From NCBI GenBank assembly GCA_002348925.1, contig DEBV01000014.1, forward strand, positions 17,505-63,220: a DNA stretch of 45,716 nucleotides, written 5' to 3'. Made by a program: the position numbers and the translations under genes. Position 1 is the first letter of the stretch, and each line of letters opens with the position of its first letter. This DNA comes from Alphaproteobacteria bacterium UBA2947 (lineage in GTDB: Bacteria > Pseudomonadota > Alphaproteobacteria > Rs-D84). The notes under the pieces are model-generated. The model saw only the letters and a list, made by a program, of their open reading frames with translations. It had not been told where the DNA came from and did not search any database. Shown here piece by piece: positions 41,125 to 45,716 of this stretch.

Positions 41125-42402
41125 ATGAATAAATACCTAGTTTCTGTTTTTGTTGCGTTTGTTGTAACTGATTGTTTCGCCAGTATATCTTTGAGTGTGT
41201 CAGCAACTGGAATTTCGGCTGATGTTACGGGCAACGAAACTTTGGCGGCAATCAAAGATAGTGGAGCAACTTCCTATACGATTCATAATGCCAATATCAG
41301 TATCAATAATTTTTCGGATTGGCAAAATTGGAATGCAGATGTTAATTTGAATTCGGCGGTTTGTTTGTATATAAATTATGTAGATACGGCAAGCAATGGT
41401 ACAGAAATATCGCATGTTTCAAATGTAAACGTCGTCGACGTGATAGTAAAAGATCCGTTGTACAAGATTATGCGTTTTTCACCGTCGAGTTATTCAACAG
41501 CAGAATATCTTGTTTTGATTCGTGAAACAGATTATTCAAAAGTGTTTAAAGATTCGCGAGGCACTTTCCTTGAAAATATAAGATTAAATCATCCTGATGA
41601 TAAAATGTTATCTGCTATGGATAAAGTGTCAGCTATGTCAGAAATGAATTCTGTGATGAATTCAGCGTATCATTTTAATCCGATGATTTTGATGAATCCG
41701 ATAAAAACCTTGAATCGTGCCGTATTGACAGATTTTATATCAGAAGTAAATAGTGGTTTTGGTGCAGATTTTGATTATATCTTTTCTGACAAAACCAATA
41801 ATTATGGTGGGCATATTTATGTTGCTGATAAATACAAGGATTCGTTTTTCAAACTAGGATTAAATTTAAACCGTTTTTCATACAGTGATAATTTTAATGA
41901 TTTTGATGGGACGGCATACGGGCTGGATATTCGTGCAAAACAGTATATTCAAAGTTTTTGGTTGGATGGGATATTTGGTGTAAATCGCTCTGTCTTTAAT
42001 GCTGATAACATATATGTAAATGGTGATATTAAGGATAATCCAAAAGGGCTGTCTGAATATGCTCGTTTAAGCATAGGGTATGATATTAAACATGTATCTG
42101 ATTTTGTGTTGTCGCCATTTGCAGGGTTAATGTTCCAAAAATCAGATATTATGGGACTGTCTGATTCAGATATAAATCTGCATACTGGTATAACAGGAAA
42201 ATACAATTTTGTAATGGACGGGATAAAGTACGAATATGCAGCATCTGTCGCAACAGATGAAAAAGCAAATTGGAATATTGAAACAAAAATTGGTTTTGTT
42301 TCTGTTGTGGATAATGCGGGTGCATACGTTGGAATTAGTGCATTTCGTGATGAATTTGCAACAAATTATAAATTATCAGTTAATGCAAAAATTTGCTTTT
42401 AA
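41125..42402 (+). CDS. Autotransporter-like outer-membrane protein (short passenger plus beta-domain)
   Basis: 425-aa ORF with an N-terminal signal-like segment. The C-terminal ~250 aa have amphipathic strands (GADFDYIF, YGGHIYVADKY, FKLGLNLNRFSY, AYGLDIRAKQY, FWLDGIFGVNRS, ARLSIGYDI...). Terminal SVNAKICF. Family assignment is by pattern only. Confidence 0.5.
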   Translation: MNKYLVSVFVAFVVTDCFASISLSVSATGISADVTGNETLAAIKDSGATSYTIHNANISINNFSDWQNWNADVNLNSAVCLYINYVDTASNGTEISHVSNVNVVDVIVKDPLYKIMRFSPSSYSTAEYLVLIRETDYSKVFKDSRGTFLENIRLNHPDDKMLSAMDKVSAMSEMNSVMNSAYHFNPMILMNPIKTLNRAVLTDFISEVNSGFGADFDYIFSDKTNNYGGHIYVADKYKDSFFKLGLNLNRFSYSDNFNDFDGTAYGLDIRAKQYIQSFWLDGIFGVNRSVFNADNIYVNGDIKDNPKGLSEYARLSIGYDIKHVSDFVLSPFAGLMFQKSDIMGLSDSDINLHTGITGKYNFVMDGIKYEYAASVATDEKANWNIETKIGFVSVVDNAGAYVGISAFRDEFATNYKLSVNAKICF

Positions 42403-42404
42403 TA

Positions 42405-43706
42405 CTATTTAATTATTTCGCCGCGCAGACATGATTTGTTCGCATCTGTGATTTTTATTTTTTGCAGTGGCGTGATTTCATGATCTGGTTTTTCAACAAT
42501 GCATTGTTGCATATAAGGGGTTCTGAATACAAGGTGTTTGCCTGTTTTATCATTCCCTTCAAATAAACAAACCATTTCTTTGCCGATGCAAGACATATTA
42601 AATTCACGTTGGTTTTCATTTAATTGCAAATCGAGCCTTTGCAGGCGAACAGATTTTATTTGTTCGCTAATTTGATTAGGCATCAAGGCAGCCGCCGTAT
42701 GCGGACGTGGTGAATATTTAAATGAATACGAATTTATATATTTTATTTCGCGCGCAATTTGTAATGTTTGTTCAAAATCTTCATCGCTTTCATCTGGGAA
42801 TCCAACGATAAAATCAGAAGATATTTGAATGTCACCGCGAACAGATTTTAATTTATTTACTATTGTTTTATATGCATCTATATCGTCTGGTCGATTCATC
42901 TTTTTTAAGATGCGTGGAGAACCACTTTGAATAGGCATATTTAAAAATGGCAACAGTTTGGGTTCCTTTCCAAATATTTCTATAAGGTCATCAGACATCT
43001 CTGTTGGATAACTGGATGTAAAGCGTATACGGTGGATTTCAGGCAGTTTAGCGGTTTCACGTATTAAATCAGACAGTTTATAAAGTTTGCCGTTTTCGTC
43101 GGTATACTTATACCCGTTCACGTTTTGACCAAGAAAACATATTTCTATTGCGCCTGTTTTGGCGGCGTTTATTGTGTCGGCAATAACATCATCAAAAGGA
43201 CGCGATAATTCGCGACCACGCGTATACGGTACTATGCAATAGGTACAGCAATGATTGCAGCCTTCTTGAATAGGTATATATGCAACCAATGGTGATTTGG
43301 TCATTTGTGGCAATTCATCGAATTTTTCAAGCCCTGACATATCAATATTCAATAATTTTGTATCAGGATTCTTTAAAATTTCAGGTAATTTATGATAACT
43401 CTGTGGTCCCAGTACAAAATTTAATTCAGGTATTCTTTTGAAAGCATCAGCCCCAGATTCACGTGCTACACAGCCAACAATGCCGAGCAGGGCATTTTCT
43501 TTCTTCGCGCGTCGTATACGCCCCAATGCAGAATAAACTTTATCAGTTGCCTTGGCACGAACTGCGCATGTGTTAAGGATGATTATATCGGCATCTTCAA
43601 CATTATTTGTTTGTGTCAATCCATGTTTTTCCAGCATGGCGGCAATACGTTGTCCGTCATAGACGTTCATTTGGCAACCAAAAGTTTGTATAAAAAATTT
43701 CTGCAT
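42405..43706 (-). CDS. miaB: tRNA-2-methylthio-N6-dimethylallyladenosine synthase
   Basis: 433-aa ORF. MQKFFIQTFGCQMNVYD (UPF0004 cluster), radical-SAM CNHCCTYC, and a C-terminal TRAM domain. Confidence 0.9.
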   Translation of the reverse strand: MQKFFIQTFGCQMNVYDGQRIAAMLEKHGLTQTNNVEDADIIILNTCAVRAKATDKVYSALGRIRRAKKENALLGIVGCVARESGADAFKRIPELNFVLGPQSYHKLPEILKNPDTKLLNIDMSGLEKFDELPQMTKSPLVAYIPIQEGCNHCCTYCIVPYTRGRELSRPFDDVIADTINAAKTGAIEICFLGQNVNGYKYTDENGKLYKLSDLIRETAKLPEIHRIRFTSSYPTEMSDDLIEIFGKEPKLLPFLNMPIQSGSPRILKKMNRPDDIDAYKTIVNKLKSVRGDIQISSDFIVGFPDESDEDFEQTLQIAREIKYINSYSFKYSPRPHTAAALMPNQISEQIKSVRLQRLDLQLNENQREFNMSCIGKEMVCLFEGNDKTGKHLVFRTPYMQQCIVEKPDHEITPLQKIKITDANKSCLRGEIIK

Positions 43707-43708
43707 TT

Positions 43709-44170
43709 TTATTTTGTTCTCTGTTTTTCTTTGTCGATAAGTTGTAACAAATCAAAGATTGGTACGATAATATCCATTTTGTTTACAATGTTTTGTAATT
43801 CAATTTTGTTTTTGCGTTGTTTCTTTTTGAATAAATCTTTGTTCTTTTTAAAACGTTTTTTTGTTAAATCAACTGGTTTTTTAGAAGTTTTAAAATTATA
43901 AGAACATACTATTGTCGCATGTATGTGATATCTGCGTTTTGGGTTTTTAGATGCGATTTTTGTTTCTTTTTCAACACAGTCTGTTTTTTTACGCGCGTTT
44001 TTCACAGAATTATGTTTTTTGTTGTTTTTAATTTTTTTTGAATTATTTTTTTTGCGCTTTTTTCGTGGTTGCGCATTTTTTATATTTGCAATTTCACGAT
44101 CTGGTATTTCAACAAGATCATATTCAACGCCTGTTATACAATTGTTTTTCACAATGCCTATTACTTTCAT
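43709..44170 (-). CDS. Hypothetical, extremely basic Lys/Asn/Arg-rich protein (153 aa)
   Basis: ORF packed between the 123-aa ORF and miaB (3-nt gap to the miaB start). KKRKKNNSKKIKNNKKHNSVKNARKK and KKRFKKNKDLFKKKQRKNK tracts. No recognisable family. Confidence 0.45.
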   Translation of the reverse strand: MKVIGIVKNNCITGVEYDLVEIPDREIANIKNAQPRKKRKKNNSKKIKNNKKHNSVKNARKKTDCVEKETKIASKNPKRRYHIHATIVCSYNFKTSKKPVDLTKKRFKKNKDLFKKKQRKNKIELQNIVNKMDIIVPIFDLLQLIDKEKQRTK

Positions 44171-44180
44171 TCTTTAGCCT

Positions 44181-44552
44181 TTATTTATGTTTGGTTCTGC
44201 CAAAGCGAATTTGGTTGTATTTTTGATATGTGTTTTTAATTTGATTTTGTATATATATTTCTTTGTTTTTTCTTTCTCTTAGGTCTGTTGTGGCCTTAAT
44301 CAAATCAGCTGTTGTTGGCTTTCTTATTTTTTTAATCGGCTTTTGCATTATTACAGGGACATCAAAATTATCTGACAATTCAATTCCTTTTGTAAAGAAT
44401 TTTTCTGGTGTCGGTGCTTTATCTATTATAAGTGTCGCTTCTTTTATAGATTCTGTTATCTGTGCGTCTGGCATGCGTTCGTAAATATTGTTTACAATTA
44501 TTTGGCGTTCCGCGGCACTAAAAGAAGGACAAATATAAATTTTTTTCGACAT
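44181..44552 (-). CDS. Hypothetical protein (123 aa) with a basic C-terminal tail
   Basis: ORF starts 4 nt after the gatB stop. The N-terminal ~65 aa (KKIYICPSFSAAERQIIVNNIYERMPDAQITESIKEATLIIDKAP) has a beta-alpha-beta-beta rhythm faintly reminiscent of BRCT-type modules. Not a confident call. Confidence 0.45.
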   Translation of the reverse strand: MSKKIYICPSFSAAERQIIVNNIYERMPDAQITESIKEATLIIDKAPTPEKFFTKGIELSDNFDVPVIMQKPIKKIRKPTTADLIKATTDLRERKNKEIYIQNQIKNTYQKYNQIRFGRTKHK

Positions 44553-44555
44553 ATT

Positions 44556-45716
44556 TTAAGCCAACTTTTGTTTTAATAAATCACTTACCATTGCAGGATT
44601 CGCCTGACCTTTGGTTGCTTTCATTACATTACCAACAAAGAAGCCAAGCAGACCGACCTTACCAGATTTATATTGTTCAACCTGGGATGGATTGTTTTTG
44701 ATAACTTCGTCAACAGCTGCTTCGATTGCACCAGTGTCTGTAATTTGTTTCATACCGTATTTATCTGCGATTTCATGGATTGTTCCGCGTTCGCCATCCA
44801 GCATTTTGATAAATATATCTTTTGCTTGTTTACCGTTGATTTCGTTCGCGGCAATCATATCAACCAATTCAGCGATATTTTCAGGTGTGATAATGCGTGG
44901 AGCATCTGGGTCTGAATTTTCTTTGATTTTGTTTTCAATATCAAAGTTTTCAGGATGCGCAAACAATTCGCTTATCATCCAGTTTGCAACTGGTTTTGCG
45001 CGTTCTTTTTTACCGTTTACCGCGGCATCATACCATTTTGAAATATCAGTTGTTTCTGTTAAACGATTCGCATCGTATTCAGATAAACCATATTCGTTGA
45101 TATATCTGGCGCGTGTTGCGGCTGGTAATTCAGGCATTGTTTTACGAATGCGTTCGATTTCATCATCGCTGATAACCAATTCCAATAAATCTGGATCTGG
45201 GAAATAGCGATAATCAAGCGCATCTTCTTTGCTGCGCAGGACAGAAGTTGTACCGTCGCTTTGTGAATAACGCATAGTATCTTGTGAAACAGTGCCACCA
45301 TTTTCATAGATTTCAATTTGTCGACGCGCTTCGTATTCTATTGCAGATTTAATAAATTTGAACGATACCATGTTTTTTGTTTCTGTACGTGTACGGAAAG
45401 TTTTTTCGCCGACAGGGCGAACGGAAACATTAACGTCTGCACGCATAGAACCTTCTTCCATGTTCGCTTTGGATACACCCAGTGCACGTGCGATTTCACG
45501 AATTTCGCGCAGATATCTTTCGGCTTCATCAGGAGAGGTTATATACGAATTGTTTTCAGGATTTTTCGTATCTAAAAATGTTACGATTTCAAGCAAGGTC
45601 ACACCAGTTCTGTTATAATCAGCCATAGATTTTGTTGGGTGCATATCGTGTTTTAATTTACCTGCGTCTTGTTCAAGGTGTGCGCGTTCGATGAATATTT
45701 TCTTTTGTTTACCATC
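44556..45716 (-). CDS. gatB: Asp/Glu-tRNA amidotransferase subunit B; the 5' end lies beyond the right edge
   Basis: The reading frame stays open to the window end (DGKQKKIFIERAHLEQDAGKLKHD...). RADVNVSVRP and FPDPDL blocks. C-terminal YqeY-like tail ...GQANPAMVSDLLKQKLA. Confidence 0.9.
   Translation of the reverse strand, partial: DGKQKKIFIERAHLEQDAGKLKHDMHPTKSMADYNRTGVTLLEIVTFLDTKNPENNSYITSPDEAERYLREIREIARALGVSKANMEEGSMRADVNVSVRPVGEKTFRTRTETKNMVSFKFIKSAIEYEARRQIEIYENGGTVSQDTMRYSQSDGTTSVLRSKEDALDYRYFPDPDLLELVISDDEIERIRKTMPELPAATRARYINEYGLSEYDANRLTETTDISKWYDAAVNGKKERAKPVANWMISELFAHPENFDIENKIKENSDPDAPRIITPENIAELVDMIAANEINGKQAKDIFIKMLDGERGTIHEIADKYGMKQITDTGAIEAAVDEVIKNNPSQVEQYKSGKVGLLGFFVGNVMKATKGQANPAMVSDLLKQKLA

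Noticed and set aside
1-45716. Scan for CRISPR arrays, rRNA, tmRNA/RNase P-size ncRNAs, IS elements, transposases, integrases, prophage blocks and long direct or inverted repeats
   Set aside because: Every intergenic region is 208 nt or shorter and is accounted for by promoters and terminators. I saw no spaced direct-repeat array and no transposase-like or integrase-like translation in any frame of the ORF track. A manual scan cannot exclude short sRNAs.

Overview
This is an AT-rich, very gene-dense chromosomal segment with about 55 protein genes and one tRNA. I saw no rRNA, CRISPR array, IS element, transposase or integrase. All family calls come from reading motifs in the translations, because no database search was possible.

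Gene content points to a reduced-genome proteobacterium, most consistent with Alphaproteobacteria. The evidence is GatB, an RpoH-box sigma factor, a small RHH_4-like protein, a yfgM-bamB pair, and lnt and trmB close together.

Most genes are housekeeping:
- Translation and RNA modification: rarA (partial), trmB, gltX, der, rsmE, a pseudouridine synthase, thrS, tcdA, miaB, gatB (partial).
- Envelope and division: lnt, bamB-like, ftsL-ftsI, lolA, nlpD-like, tatA, tatBC, tatD.
- Other: rpoH, dksA, trxA, sufS-sufT-sufE, recJ, nrnA.

The non-routine content, in my order of interest:
1. A tightly packed four-gene minus-strand operon at 3592-5615, lying between lnt and trmB. It encodes a 2-TM protein, a stand-alone HNH (His-Me finger)-like protein that lacks the catalytic His, a SUKH/SMI1-like immunity-type protein, and an RHH regulator.
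2. A tRNA-Lys-adjacent pair at 36042-38929. It comprises a Neisseria-style surface lipoprotein (LAAC-GGGSGGGG) and a Slam-like (TPR plus DUF560 barrel) translocon, followed by further outer-membrane barrels.
3. An orphan VirD4/TraG coupling-protein gene that appears co-transcribed with two lipoprotein genes, one of them LpoB-like.
4. A Thr-codon-rich mini-ORF with its own sigma-70-like promoter upstream of a thrS that lacks the TGS domain.
5. An in-frame YbeY-Lnt fusion.
6. A family of near-identical ACCGCC/GGCGGT hairpin terminators.
7. Several apparently catalytically degenerate proteins: SodC-like, DeoC-like, LytM and a Cys-less DksA.
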